DNA of 64,000 nt from Curvularia clavata. Taxonomy: Eukaryota. Of the stretch, positions 1 to 12,665 are shown piece after piece. Within the stretch, counting starts at the first letter, position 1; each line of letters starts with the position of its first letter. The notes under the pieces are model-generated. The model was not told where the DNA came from, searched no databases, and worked only from the letters and a program-made list of their open reading frames with translations. Location: positions 1,488,001-1,552,000 of the forward strand of contig CP089277.1 of NCBI GenBank assembly GCA_023920165.1, in the 5' to 3' direction. The position numbers and the translations under genes were made by a program.

Positions 1-557
1 AGTTCATTTGATCATTATGGGCTTTCTTTCTCTTTTCATTACTCTGTCTACGCTGATATTTCGGTTTGGTGAGGGACTGGGGTTTGGGAGTTGATATTCG
101 TGCTTTGACGATGGCTCTTCTATGGGCTAATTTTCCAATTGTATTTTCGTCAAAAGGTGTGCGGTTTATTTAACAATATATACCCCCCTTCCTTCTCTGT
201 CCTGCCACAGCCTTTTCTCTCTCTGGCCTCTTTGCTATGTAGTCAGCGTTTGAGTCGGGTTTTCGTCTATCGGAGCAAAAGGAAAAAAAGGATTAATACC
301 TGCAATTCATGAAGCTGTCTTATTGAACTATGCATATGTGCTTTGGGATTCTGAATATGCATGTGTGAATGCGTGTCCTGCCTCAGCCGTCTCACCCTCG
401 TTACGTAACCCCCAACAAACTCCCAAATGCATCAAAGGCATCAAGGTACACACTCGCCTTGCGCCCTTCTATCCACGCATATATTCTGCTGAAACAACAC
501 TCGTCGTAGGTGTGTAGCTTTCCCACAAGGCGCATCCCTGCTCCATCTACTCCCAAA

Positions 558-574
558 CCCCCCCCCCCCCCCCC
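558..574. repeat. poly-C homopolymer (C17)
   Basis: Read directly; lies in a ~2.5 kb low-complexity non-coding stretch with several poly-A runs. Confidence 0.9.
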
Positions 575-2601
575 AAATACATAATTATCACGCAAGGCAA
601 AGCAAAGAAGAACGGCATTACATTAGCCCTGATAATGAAGCACAAAAAAATAACAACAATAACACATGAAGATATCGATGTCTCCCCCACTGTCTTGCGC
701 ATACATGTTCAAAGACACACAGAAGGCTCTGGTTGGTGGGGAACGAGCCATGGGGATCCGTCTGGCGCATTATGCGTTGTTCCTGTTGAACGAACGCTGT
801 TGTCGTTTCTTGGCGCCCTTTTCTTTGCTTTTATTTGTTACACGTATGCGCATGTACGTACGTACATCATGTACAGCAAAGTGGAAAAGTTCGCTTTTGG
901 GCGCGAACGCAGGAAATACACACGCATGTATGTATGTGTGTATGTGGGTATGCGGAAGGGTAAGACATGAAGAAATGGAGTTGTGTCACGGGCTGAAAAC
1001 TGTCTTGCGGGAGGGGTCGTTTGCGAGCCGCTGTCGTGGGACACGGTACACATGTGAGATGCAAAAGGTGGGCATTATCGTCTTCTTGCTGCTTCCTTCT
1101 GTCCCCGAAACATGGGGTTACTTGCGCGTTGTACATACGTGGATACGTGCATGGACGATTTTTTTTCCTTGTCTTGTTTTCGATATTGTACGTAGGTATG
1201 CCGGCCGAGGCGGAGGAACTGCGAATATAGTGACGTCAAGATTCGCGACGGAAGATGCATGCCAACAGCGAAAAAAAAAACACAAGGCAAAAAAAAAAAG
1301 GAAACCCTTGCGAATACTGCATGGGTACATGGTGAGAAATGACGGCACAAAAGGCCGAACAAGACCATGAACGAAAGGGGGGGAAGGCGGATGTCCCCTT
1401 GTTCTGGATCCTAATGCCCAAAAAACGTTGCACGACAGCGGGGTCATGGCATCACAGCCGTCTGGTCGTTTGAACCCCCGCATCTTAGGGGGGGCGGTTC
1501 ACATGACCGATCTCTTACTAGACAGGACCAGAACGTTAATCGAGCGGGCGAAGACCCTGAGAAACCATGGTACACGTGCAAATTACGGTGTTGAGATGGC
1601 GTGGTTTTTTTGACAAGATGCCAAGGCCCACATGTCCACGAGCAATTTGCTCTACCAGCCCTGCCAGTACCATGGTACGCACTGCACTTCGCCTGGGTTG
1701 CATTGCATGTTTCCCAACGACGAAAGGAGGAACGAATGAAGCGAACGAATGCTCCCTCGATAGCAGCGTCGTCGAAAAAAAAAAGTGCACCCCGCATTTG
1801 CCTCAACTAGGACGTGATGGCAACGCGGGAAAGAGAGAGCGAAAGCAAAAGGGAAGGAAAAATGTCATGGGCGGTGATGACGTTGGGGAGACACATGATG
1901 GCGGAGTGGCGACTTACGTTAGACACACACACACATGCGCACCTCTGCTAGTATTTGGTTGCGAATTGTCGGCAGACATGCAGGGCACTAGCGGAGGAAA
2001 CGATGTGGCGATGGGCGATGGGACAAGGTGTTCTCGGCATGTTGCGTGCATGGTGGATGCTATGGGCAAAAGCTAGAGTAGAAGGTGAGTATGACTTGCA
2101 TATGAACAAAGATGTGTTGTCGTGGCTGTGGCAGGTAGAGCGTGTAGTCTTGGACAGGCACAGAGACGGTGGTGAGGTTAGCGTGGGCGTGCGGGTAAGC
2201 TGCTATTTGCGGACAATGAGATCGGGGCCGCCGCAAGCGGTGAAGGCCAAAAAGGCTTTTGGGCGGTGAGAATCATGGTTGGTGAGACATGGCTGTGAGA
2301 GGGATACATGGACAGGGTCCAAAGGGGGAGTGGGTCCGGGGTAAATGTTAGACATGCAGTTGGGAGGCTTTACCGGCCATGGGAATCGAGTAATAGTGTG
2401 GGCGTGTGGCAGTGCTCCGGGGGGAATTTGAGTATTATAAGGGAGATACTAGTAAGCAGCCAGAGCCTGGTGTTTGTAATAGACTGCGCTTGCGGAGATG
2501 AGAGATTGCGATGATCATGCTAACCAAGATGAGACGCATGCAATGGCCCAAGGAGGTTAATGCAATTCGCTAAGTGCCGCCGCTCCCTGCAGCCCGCTCC
2601 A

Positions 2602-3087
2602 TCAGGTGGTCTTGGATCTCGCCCTCACACGTGGGTGGGGGAAGCCAACACCAAGCAGCAGAGCAATACGGGTGAGGGCAAGGAAATAGACAAAGGGAAC
2701 GTTGCCCATGTCTATGGCGTTCCAGTGCCAAAAGGCCCAGTAGATGTGGGTGCCGAGGGGGAGGACCGAGTAGAGGTGCCCAAAATCGGCAAGCAGCAGG
2801 CCGACGAGGAAGGTTTTCCAAACGGTGACGTCCGCGGTGGCGCGCAGGACTGAGGCTTCGAGAAAAGCAAGGCCGAGATACATGTTTGCCAATTGAGTCA
2901 GGACGATTTTTGTTGAGATTGGGACGAGTGCGTCTGGGCCGCTTGGGGCATGCATGGTGAGGTCCAAATACGTCGTCTGGAAGCAAGCTGCATACACGGC
3001 GCCGAGTAGTATGGAACACGGTTCTACCCAGAGGAAGACGAAGCGGTAGAAGCCGGGTATTGGCGCGGGTGGAGCGGAAGCCGACAT
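2602..3087 (-). CDS. Small multi-pass fungal membrane protein (DUF7704-like)
   Basis: Intronless 161-aa ORF with ~4 hydrophobic helices and motifs FLWVEP, QLANMY, LLLADFGHL, WNAIDMGN typical of a conserved fungal family. Confidence 0.75.
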   Translation of the reverse strand: MSASAPPAPIPGFYRFVFLWVEPCSILLGAVYAACFQTTYLDLTMHAPSGPDALVPISTKIVLTQLANMYLGLAFLEASVLRATADVTVWKTFLVGLLLADFGHLYSVLPLGTHIYWAFWHWNAIDMGNVPFVYFLALTRIALLLGVGFPHPRVRARSKTT

Positions 3088-3894
3088 GTTTGAGTGGGAG
3101 TGGTTTGGTTTCGAGTGGTGTAGACGCGACTCAGGGCAAAACCGTGGGAGAACAGGCGTGCCCGGCGTGGCAGCAGGAAGAGAGCCAGCCCGAGTTTGGG
3201 GCTGTAGCAGGTTGAGGAGATGGGTATACTAGGATCTCGATGGGAGGGTGAAGAAGCAAAACAGAAGGAGGGCAGTGTAAGTGTAGGTGGTAGTGGTGGC
3301 GGCGAGGCGACAAGTGTGGCCGTGGTGGTGAGATTGAGGATACGGCTAGGGAAGGGGATAGATGTTTGGGGGAGAGAGACGGCGTCAGGGCGTGGTGTTG
3401 ATGGTGGTGATGGCGCATGTAGAGTGCAGTGCAGCGCAGCGCCGCGCCGTGCACTGCATGTCTTGCAAATTGGCCAGGGCAAGGGGGTGGAGCCGCGAGA
3501 CAGTGGAGCTGCTGTGTGGGTGGGTGTGTTAAGATCGGCTGCACTAGCAAGCAAAGCGTCCGCTAGCGGTGCAACAGATTCTGGCTTCTGTCTTTGCCTC
3601 CAAGTCGCCTCTCTGCTATTACCGACTACTTATGCTAACACGCTCCCGCCCGTGACGCTGCTCTTGGTGCGAATCCTTGTTTTTCCGCCACAATCTCCCT
3701 TCACTTCACCCTCATTTCCACGCGCCCTCGTGGTTGTGCACGCTCTCTACCCGTTTCCGCCCTGCCCTGCCCTGCCCTGCTCTGTTGCATTGCTCGTTGC
3801 TCTCCCTAGCCGCTCCTTGTGACATTACGCCTCGCTCTTTGTTTCGGTCTCGTCTTCACCGCAACTCTTACCCGCCTCGGCCTCCACCCATCCA

Positions 3895-6126
3895 ATGTAT
3901 CGCAGGCAGTCTATCCTGTCGCATCGACCAAAAACCTCATCCGACGTAGACGCTGAATCCTCCGCCGCCGCCGCCCAAAACAACGCCTTCGCCAACAACA
4001 ACAACACGACCCCTATCCAGCCATCACCACCCCATACCATGAAACGGACCATCTCGCAGACATTCCCTGCCCCTTATCTTTCCGACATGAAGGACACAAA
4101 CATGCTCGACGCCGTCAACGAGGCCACAATGGCTGCCGATGGCTCTTCACACCACCAACAGACCAGCTCATTCTCGCGTGCCTTTGGCGCAGTGGCTGGC
4201 AGCTTCACCCGCCAGAAGACACGCAGGCGAATGTCGTCGGTTTCCTCGCCTATTCCTGCACAGCGTCGCCGTGGCTCGATTCATTCGCTTTTTGAGTCGC
4301 TACCATCGTCGAGTTCGTCGCAATCCAAGCCCGCTGCCGACCAACGCATGCCTCTGCAGCACCAAGACTCTGGAATCCCAGTCTTTCAGATGCAGCCCCA
4401 GCCATCCTCCTCGAGCTCAAAGACCTTTTCTCCTTTCAGACGCCTGAGCAGCATGCGCCGCCGCCCCACCACGTCCACATCGTCAACAGACACGACAAAG
4501 CCCGTCTTCACCGCTCCAGTCACGTACCCCAGCCAGCCCCTACCAGGCACAGCAGCACGACAAGCTGCCGCTGCCGCCAACCAGGACCGACAAAACCAGC
4601 TACGACGCGAACAAGAGCACACGCGGAGTTTCCTCGATGGCCTCATCCCCTCGTCACGCGACGACGACCTCAAGGACAACGAGAGTGGCGTCGACATGAC
4701 GTGTGCGTCGCCTATTGTTCGAGCGGATAGCGTCACTGAGAAGAAGATGAGTGAGTTGTCGCATCCACCCGCCAACCGAGTCTCGCTAACCACCCCAGTC
4801 GATCCTTTCCAGCGCCTGCCTGCCGAACTCGCTACCACGGTCCTCTCCAACCTCGATGCTGCCTCTCTCGTCCGTGCCGAGCGTGTATCCCGGAGCTGGA
4901 ACGAACACGCAGCTTCGCCCCACGTCTGGCGAAACGTATTCCTCCGCAAGCATGAGCCCGAAGTACACGTCTCCCCTGCGCCAATCCAAATGGGCGGCTT
5001 GGGCACCGGCAAGATGTCTGGCGGAAACCCAGCGCCTGCGCAAGATTGGAAGAGGATGTTCCAGGCCAGGGCGACAATCGACGCCCGATGGAAGGCAGGC
5101 ACACCCGCTGCCATCTACCTGAACGGCCACACAGATAGTGTCTACTGCTGCCAGTTTGACGAAAACAAGGCCATTACCGGCTCGCGTGACCGCACCATCC
5201 GTGTGTGGGATCTCCAGACCTACAAGTGCATCAAGGTGTACGGCGGCCCCAACCACCGACCGACGGCAAACACTCCCCCACCCATGGAAGAGCGACCCGA
5301 GCGTGTCATCAGCCACGCTTCAATGAATGGTACCAAGGTTGGCAATGACATCTATACGGTCCCCGCCGATTACCACGATGCATCCATTCTCTGTCTCCAG
5401 TACGACAGCGAAATCATGGTCACCGGTTCTTCAGACTACACTTGCATCGTTTGGGACATCACGGGTGACGAATACGTTCCCATGTACCGGCTCCGTGGCC
5501 ACGAGGCTGGTGTTTTGGATGTTTGCCTAGATGACAAGTACATCATCTCCTGCTCCAAGGACGCTATGATCAAGGTCTGGGATCGCAAGACCGGCAACTG
5601 CCTGCGTACTCTCAAGGGTCACCGGGGTCCCGTCAACGCTGTGCAGCTTCGCGGCAACTTCCTGGTTTCCGCCAGTGGTGACGGTGTGGCCAAGTTGTGG
5701 AACCTCGAGACCGGCGTCTCCATCAAGGATTTCCCATCCGAAGACCGTGGACTTGCCGCTGTAGAGTTTTCTGATGACGCCAAGTATGTGCTTGCTGGAG
5801 GCAATGACCACGTCGTTTACAAATTCGATGCCTCTACTGGCGAACTCGTGCACAGCAGGGTCAAGCACGACGGCCTTGTCCGCTCCTTGTTCCTCGACGC
5901 ATTCAACGGACGTATCGTGTCAGGATCGTACGACCAGAGTATTCAAGTATCGGACTACGAAACTGGACAAACATATGCCGTGTACAAGAACTGGACAACG
6001 AGCTGGATTCTGTCCGCTAAGAGCGACTACAGGCGAGTTGTGGCTACCAGCCAGGACGGCAGAACACTGATTCTGGACTTTGGTCACAATGTACCTGGCG
6101 CAGAACTCCTCGTTGGATCCAAGTAA
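3895..6126 (+). CDS. F-box/WD40-repeat protein (SCF substrate adaptor)
   Basis: F-box DPFQRLPAELATTVLSNLD followed by WD40 repeats (GHTDSVYC, TGSRDRTIRVWD, GHEAGVLDV, GHRGPVNAV). Probable in-frame intron 4751-4798. An alternative start at ATG 4039 is possible. Confidence 0.92.
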   Translation: MYRRQSILSHRPKTSSDVDAESSAAAAQNNAFANNNNTTPIQPSPPHTMKRTISQTFPAPYLSDMKDTNMLDAVNEATMAADGSSHHQQTSSFSRAFGAVAGSFTRQKTRRRMSSVSSPIPAQRRRGSIHSLFESLPSSSSSQSKPAADQRMPLQHQDSGIPVFQMQPQPSSSSSKTFSPFRRLSSMRRRPTTSTSSTDTTKPVFTAPVTYPSQPLPGTAARQAAAAANQDRQNQLRREQEHTRSFLDGLIPSSRDDDLKDNESGVDMTCASPIVRADSVTEKKMSELSHPPANRVSLTTPVDPFQRLPAELATTVLSNLDAASLVRAERVSRSWNEHAASPHVWRNVFLRKHEPEVHVSPAPIQMGGLGTGKMSGGNPAPAQDWKRMFQARATIDARWKAGTPAAIYLNGHTDSVYCCQFDENKAITGSRDRTIRVWDLQTYKCIKVYGGPNHRPTANTPPPMEERPERVISHASMNGTKVGNDIYTVPADYHDASILCLQYDSEIMVTGSSDYTCIVWDITGDEYVPMYRLRGHEAGVLDVCLDDKYIISCSKDAMIKVWDRKTGNCLRTLKGHRGPVNAVQLRGNFLVSASGDGVAKLWNLETGVSIKDFPSEDRGLAAVEFSDDAKYVLAGGNDHVVYKFDASTGELVHSRVKHDGLVRSLFLDAFNGRIVSGSYDQSIQVSDYETGQTYAVYKNWTTSWILSAKSDYRRVVATSQDGRTLILDFGHNVPGAELLVGSK

Positions 6127-7055
6127 GCTGTCAAAATTTCGACCTGCACGCGCGGTCCAGATCGTGTTTGGAATGTAAGGCCATTAGCGGCCTTGCTATC
6201 AACCCACTCACACGGCGCTTCCTGCCTTGCCTCTGCTTCCAATGTGATATGCATGCGTAGAAGAAGGCTTGTAGAAAGGAGCTCCTGGGTTCGATGAATT
6301 CAACAGCGCCCAGTGAGTAAGCAGCCATGAGAAGAGGAAGTAGTGGAACGTTGAACGAAGAAAAAAGTATTCCCTAGAGTCGAGCACAGCATGCACCTTA
6401 CGGCGTTGTCATAGCTGCAAGCGCAGTTTTGGATTTCATTTCGGTCTCTGGGGCCCCATATTATTTTGCGTTCTTTTTTTAGCTTCCTTGTTGCGTACTT
6501 GCATTGATAGCATATGTTTGCGGTCCTTTCTTTTCTTCTGTGGTCTTTTAGCGTATTCTTTTATAGATTTCCCATTCGTTTAATGCGCCTTCTATCTTGG
6601 TCTTGATCGCTGTCTTTTGATAAATATTTGGGAAGGGCTGTCTGGTACATAGATGCGTAGAAGAAGCGGCAACTGGCGGCGGAAATAATAACGCTCGTTA
6701 ATATAATTGGTCATAATCACCTTGGTGTCCGTTGGACTGTGATTTGTTTTTAGAACGTTTGTATAGGGGGCTGATAAGTGCAGTATCACCCACGAACTCG
6801 GGTCTCGCTGGAATAATAAGACATGGTTTCAAGGCAGAGGCTATATCTCTACATGATACCGAGTCACTCGGGCAACTTGAAAACTATGTGAAAAGGCATA
6901 CAGGTATCATTCAACGTGCATAAGGGGTGTACCCAAGCATTCCACATATTCTCGTTTCCCGCTTTTTCCCATTCCCATCTACTACCTTCTGAACCCTTGA
7001 CTATACCATCTTCCCAGCTAAAATGCTCCATCCACATACCTTGTATGCAATGCTC

Positions 7056-7510
7056 TCACTTTTTCTTGCCGTTACTCACTTCTTCCCAACACACACATAG
7101 CACAACAACCAGGACAAAATCCAGGCCCGCCGCGACATGCGCCGTGTACTTCAGGCTGGAATAAACAACGCGACCGCTCAAGAACTTGCGGTCTATGCGT
7201 GCGAGTACGAGGTCTATTTTGATTTATTCGTTAACAGTCTGGCGAGTCGTGTTGTGAATACGAGAGTGAGAGAGACTGTGCGATATCAAACAACGAAAAA
7301 AGAAAAACACAGAGAAAAAGGGGGTATAGAAAGGGGTGGGGGATAAGCCGTACTATTCACCGGATCGATAATTTCGGCCTTTGTGTCGAAAAAGTTGGTT
7401 TGGAGTAAGATTTCGCGCTGCGTTCCATCTGGTAGAGGCACGGTAGCGCTGACTGTACTGCTATCGACTAGACTTGTGCGTTAGCATTATTTTTTGTCCA
7501 TCTCCTCTGT

Positions 7511-7590
<80 letters not shown>

Positions 7591-8074
7591 GTTACTCTGC
7601 ATATTTGAGCACATCTCCTGTAGCAATACTCATCTTCTCCACCATCGATACAGGAATAGTAACGAAGAAAAGGAGTACGAAAAGATAAGGAGAAGAAAAA
7701 AAGAAAAAGGAAAAGAACTCACACCTTCCCCCTTCTCTCACCCTCAGCACCTCTTTCCCCTCATACCCACTAATTACCCAGCTCCTCCGGCCAATCCCAA
7801 TCTCCCGGCTTATCTCGCACACCAGTCTCCCGGTACCATCTCTCCTGGTATCCCAAACCTCCTTTATCGCATGCAGACTCTGTATTTTATCTTTAACTTG
7901 GAGGAGTGGGATACTACCAGTACAGTCGCCTGGTGGTATTTGTGCAATGGAGAAAGTGGAGGGTGAGAAAAAGGGAATGGCTTTTGTTATGCGGAGGGTG
8001 GATGGCTGTGCTAAAGGGAGAAATGGCGGGAAAAGGCACATGGGTTTTGTGAGCAGTAGTGGATATGTTGCCAT
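7056..8074 (-). CDS. LURP-one-related / Tubby C-terminal-like protein (207 aa, 3 exons)
   Basis: Hand-spliced exons 8074-7723, 7467-7354 and 7213-7056 join in frame via GT..AG introns. The C-terminus LARIDRKF...YTAHVAAGLDFVLVVVLCVCWEE matches the LURP-one/Tub_2 terminal strand-helix pattern. Confidence 0.75.
7511..7590. repeat. (TAC)n / (TAG)n microsatellite, ~26 perfect units
   Basis: Read directly; falls inside intron 1 (7468-7722) of the LURP-one-like gene. Confidence 0.97.
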
Positions 8075-9081
8075 GGTTTGTTTTTCTATTCTTTTCTTAG
8101 ATCTCAAGTTGGAGCGTTTTTTTGTTGTTGTTGCGATGATTCGTTTTGGTGGTTTTTTTCTTGCTTCTTGGATAGGACAAGGGGAAAATAAGGAAATAGG
8201 GATATATGGATCGCAATGTGTTGTGCAGTGTAGTCAGGCATCAGATGTGTACATTGGAATAGTTATGTAGTGAGCTTTTATTCAAATGCTAGGATATGCT
8301 GTTCAGGCCTTCGTGCCATCTTTGAGGCAGTGCTGGACTTCTCGGCGGTATATCGCTGTGGCTGAGTCTCGCCGACGTTTAATGCACATTGGACTGCACT
8401 GCCTTATATCACAGATTCGTACTAACAATGCATAAACTACATGGACGCTGAACTGCGCTTAGACAGTTTACTGCCACTTTAACTCACTCGTGATCAGGGC
8501 ATGCAAGTGGCTTGGCAAGGACTAAACATTTTTCTGGCATTGGAGACTCCTGTCAAGCCACCAATGCGACTGTATCAACGGGACCTCTAGCCCCACTCCT
8601 CTCTGTACACCCTTCACCAAACATGCAATACGTGGCGACCATATGCACAAAGCCACCTCAGATAAAGTGTAGCAGAGGGTATATACATACGGACCGTGGA
8701 GCCGGTATAAACAAAAAAAAAAGTGCAGTCAGAGAATTTCTCCTTCAAACCACACCAGGGGTAATGAAACTGCGCATCGCTCCTAGCCTGGGCAGCGTCA
8801 TGACGAATCGAAACAGAAAAAATCCGACCAGATAACAACCATAGTAGAAAACAGACAAGACATTATTTCGCGGCCACGAAAAGGCGACCGGATTAAGGAC
8901 AGTATGTGGGTGAGTGATGAGACATGTCCGGCGAATCGAGGGGTATAACAAGGCCAGACGGCCAGCAGCTGCAAGGAGCTGGTGGCAGGACAAAATAAAC
9001 AGAGTGCACTTTCATGCATGTCGTAAGCTAAAACAAGTGGCACAGCAGGAATAGGAACAGAAGCAGGGGTCAACAGGTCGT

Positions 9082-10814
9082 TCAAACATTTTCCGTGAAT
9101 TTGCTTGAGCGCGACCCGTCGGCCGAGGGCAAGCTTCTTCCGAGCGTACCTCTAGGAGGCAGCTCAGCAACAGGAGAATGTGGTGGACTGAGATGGTGGC
9201 GATCTGCAAAAGGGTTCTCATCTTCAGGATGCCGTATGATGGGTGTTCTCGCAGGACTGGGTCGAATGTTCATTTGTCCAGATTCGCGGGTTGCAGAGGT
9301 GTCGCCAATCTCTTTGCCAAACTCCTTGGACATGGCTGAGCTGCCATAGGCACCATGGTCGTCTGGATAGAATGATGATACAGACATGGTGCCTCCACGA
9401 GAGAACTGGTCAGAAGTCATGCCTTCACTAAACGCAGATGGCAGCTTGCGACCCGATACTCTTTGGAAGCTCCGCTCGCCGCCGCTAGAGTTGGTTTCTG
9501 CTGTTCCGCCTGACATGCCAGAGAAGCGGTTGAGAAAAGCAATAGGCACAAATGCGCTCGTCGTAGTAGGTGCTTGGCTCATAGATCGGTGATTGCTCGC
9601 ACGCTCGTCTCCAGTGAGCTGTAGAGCCCCGCCTTGTCTTTGCTTGTGACGTCGGAGAAGGAGCAGTATCAAGGCCAGGATTAGTGCGGCGCCAGCAAGA
9701 CTTCCCAGCACGCTCCCAATCACCTTGGGCGTTTCGAGGCTAGAAGGGCTGGAGTTGGCATCTGCTTCCGAGGTGGCTGTTGTATTTGGAACAGGCGCAC
9801 CAGCAACTCCAGGTACACCGGCGCCTCCATTGCTAGAATAAGTGGTGGTAGTCGTGGGCATCGAGGCAGACGAAGTGCTTCGAGCCGAGTGCGAGGTGAT
9901 TAATGTCTGCGTGAATGACGCCATCACAGAAGATGGTATATACTGCAAATCCGATGCTAGCTCGGTTGGGACTGCTTGAATTGATACGGCAAAGTCTGTT
10001 GCTTTAGAGGCCGAAACACTACTATCAGGAGGAGCCAATGCAAAAGACGGCAAAAGCGACGTAGTGCCTATGGAGAGTCAGTTGAGAAACAATGTTGGGA
10101 CATGGTGCACTTACTTGATGTTGTCATGTTGGTAGCCGAGTTGATAGCAGAGACCGGTGCTGGCACTGGGGCATATGGCACGGATGAAGCACTGGCGGAA
10201 GCTGATGCGGATACAGCATGTGCAACTGGGAACATGGTCGGAAAAGGGTAGGCTGGGACACTTGGGACTTGCAGACTGGTTGGGAAAGGGGGTACTGCTG
10301 GTACAGACGGTAGTACAGGAACAGGCACAGACGGCGCCGCAGGTACAGATGGCAGTGCGGGAACGGGTGCACTGGGTAGCGCAGGAACAGCTACGGATGG
10401 CAATGTAGGAACAGGAACAGATGGCAGCTCAGGAGCCGCAACAGATGGCAGCGCAGGAACCGCAACAGACGGCAGTTCAGGAGCAGGAACTGACGGTAGT
10501 ACGGTTGGTAGTGCAGGAACTGGTACAGCTGGTAGTACAGAAACAGGCACAGCTGGTACTGCGGGAACCTGTACAGACGGTAGCGCGGGAGCCGCCACAT
10601 TGGATACCACTGGGACAGAAGACACTGCGGGCAAAGTGGCGTCTGGCAGCGGCAGCGCCACTGTTGTGGAGACTACATTGGGCAAGACGGTTGTCAGCGT
10701 CTCTTGAGCGACGACATTGCCAAGCTCGTCGACTTTATTCACAACCTCAACCGTGACGACTTCCGGGTCAGCCAAGGCTGCGCGGCGGTGGAAGAAGCGA
10801 TGGCTTCTGGTCAT
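9082..10814 (-). CDS. Pro/Val- and Ser/Thr-rich single-pass membrane protein (mucin or cell-wall-sensor-like)
   Basis: ORFs 10068-10979 and 9082-10053 join in frame through intron 10114-10068 (GTAAGT..CTGAC..TAG). TM segment VIGSVLGSLAGAALILALILLLL followed by RRHK, then a cytosolic tail with FQRVSGRKLPS. Start may be the upstream ATG at 10979. Confidence 0.8.
10290..10600 (-). repeat. Coding minisatellite: degenerate 24-nt unit encoding V-x-(V/A)-P-(A/E)-L-P-S
   Basis: Translation shows roughly 10-12 imperfect octapeptides (VAAPALPS, VPAPELPS, VAVPALPS, VPVPTLPS). Confidence 0.8.
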
Positions 10815-12665
10815 CCTCTCTCTGCTTCTGGGTCTCGCGTCACGTCCGGCCTGAACCAACTGCTCGTGCGGGTGGTGCAAGTCCGGTACAGCAAGCTTGT
10901 GCTGGGGAAGCTTTTGTCTTTGGTAACGGTAGCGCGAATCGATTCTCGATATGGCGGCGGGTCTGGCAGGACCGTCCATAAAAATTGGAGCAACAGGTCC
11001 AGAGCTATGCGGGCAGGGCGAATACTCTTGAGTTGGTGGTAGTCTGGTTGGTGTTTTGGCGGAACATGTATACTTTTTGATTTTGTGTTGATGTTTCTAT
11101 TGCTGTCGCCGTGGGCGAAGTTTGGAGAGAGTGTAGCAAGTTGGATGTCAGTTTTTTTTTGCGCAGATGAGGCAAGGATCCAGTCAATGGAGGCCGCTGG
11201 CGAGCACAAGTGAGTGAATGTCGAGAAAAGAACGAATGCCCGGTCAGTGGCGAAGCAATGGTCTGGATGGCACTGTAATCAGTATGGCGAGGAGTGGGAA
11301 AGCGTGAATGGGTCTATACACACAAACGCGAAGGAGGGGGGATTCAAGAACGCAGCATGGATGTGGTTCTGGTGTCGCTCAAGGCGAAGAGGTGAAGGAG
11401 TGACTGGGGGTGAAGGGACTCGGGCTCACACGAGGGATGCGGGCAGGCAGCCGTAGTAGATAGAGGAAGGGGGATAGGGAGAAGACCAAAGTCGGGCTTG
11501 TTTGGCTTGGGTAGTTGGGAGCGGGAACGGGCCCTCTGTCGGCATGGGAGAGGAAACAAAGAGAGGCGACAGGACTGAGGCAGCGCGCGAGCGTTAGGGA
11601 CACGGGGCAAGGGCGATTGGCGCACAAGCGAGATGACCTGGCCCGAAATAGAAGGATCCACCGACGCAACCCCAACACGGCTCGTCGTCAGCGAACCAGG
11701 GCGGCCAGCGGGCGACGGGGGATGACGACGGTTCATTTCCGCCCTATGGGTTTTTGCGTGCTGCGTCGGTGTATGCACCCAAGTATTGGATCAGAGGCCT
11801 GGCAGTGTTTGCCTGCGCGCATGCCTGCGCCTTAGGCGTGCTTGATATCATTGTCGTCGTGTCGGAGAATATTGCGTTCCATGGTACGTCTCACCGTGTA
11901 CTGCTAGCCCGCCCGTCCCGCGTGTACCTGCAGGCGTGGCGCCCACGCCGGCCCTCGCGAACCGATTCTGGAACGCTGGACATGCAGCAAAAGGTTATTC
12001 TTAGCCAAACTGCTCTCTTGTCTCCAGACGCACACGACCCGTCCCCAACGCCCTGTCTGGCCAGTGTATTGCCAAGCTGCCCTGGCCCACCCGCCGAACC
12101 GTCTGCCGCCCAATCTCAGAGGCCCGTCGCGTCAACCCCCCAGTTCCCTGTCCATCGTCATCATCGTCGTGGTGCTATCCAGTCTCGTCGCTATTGTCAT
12201 CGACAGTCTGTACTATTACGTGCGTATACGAGCCTTGCCTCTCTTAGCCTCAATTTCCGCGCTTCGCACTCGTACACGGCCAAGACGATACACGCGTTAT
12301 CGCCCCGGTGCAGGTAGCGCGTCGAGTTTGACAATGCATGCCTGTCGCAGTCTTTGCTCGTTGTTGTACAACAGAGCGCTACTTTACACGACGTATCCAT
12401 GCGATATGGTTGAACATGGCGGCAGCGCACCGGCTGTCGTGTTAACGCAGGCACTGATGCTGCAGCCACGCGATTGCTTGCCATCTGCCGCCCCGTTACC
12501 CCACATTGCCCCTCTGCTTGTACGCTCGCTGGCTGCACTCTGCACCAAGCTACGCCGTCATGTACCACCACCACCACCATCTGCCGTGATTGCGCCTCTG
12601 TCGTCTTCGCACATGAGGCCGTTGCAACTACAAGCCACGCGCCGCTACCCCTGCCCCCCTCAGCT

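Noticed and set aside
1..2560. Many 60-230 aa ORFs on both strands
   Set aside because: Low-complexity sequence with poly-A/C runs and no recognisable motifs; treated as intergenic or UTR.
4386..5316. Long antisense ORFs over the F-box gene (similar ones overlie most CDSs here)
   Set aside because: Shadow frames produced by codon bias on the coding strand.
7494..7688. Poly-Thr ORF
   Set aside because: Artefact of translating the (TAC)n microsatellite.
8324..8411. Hairpin (GAGGCAGTGC/GCACTGCCTT) followed by ATATCA, resembling an H/ACA snoRNA half
   Set aside because: Pocket-to-H-box distance is about 30 nt rather than 14-16, and there is no clear second hairpin ending in ACA.
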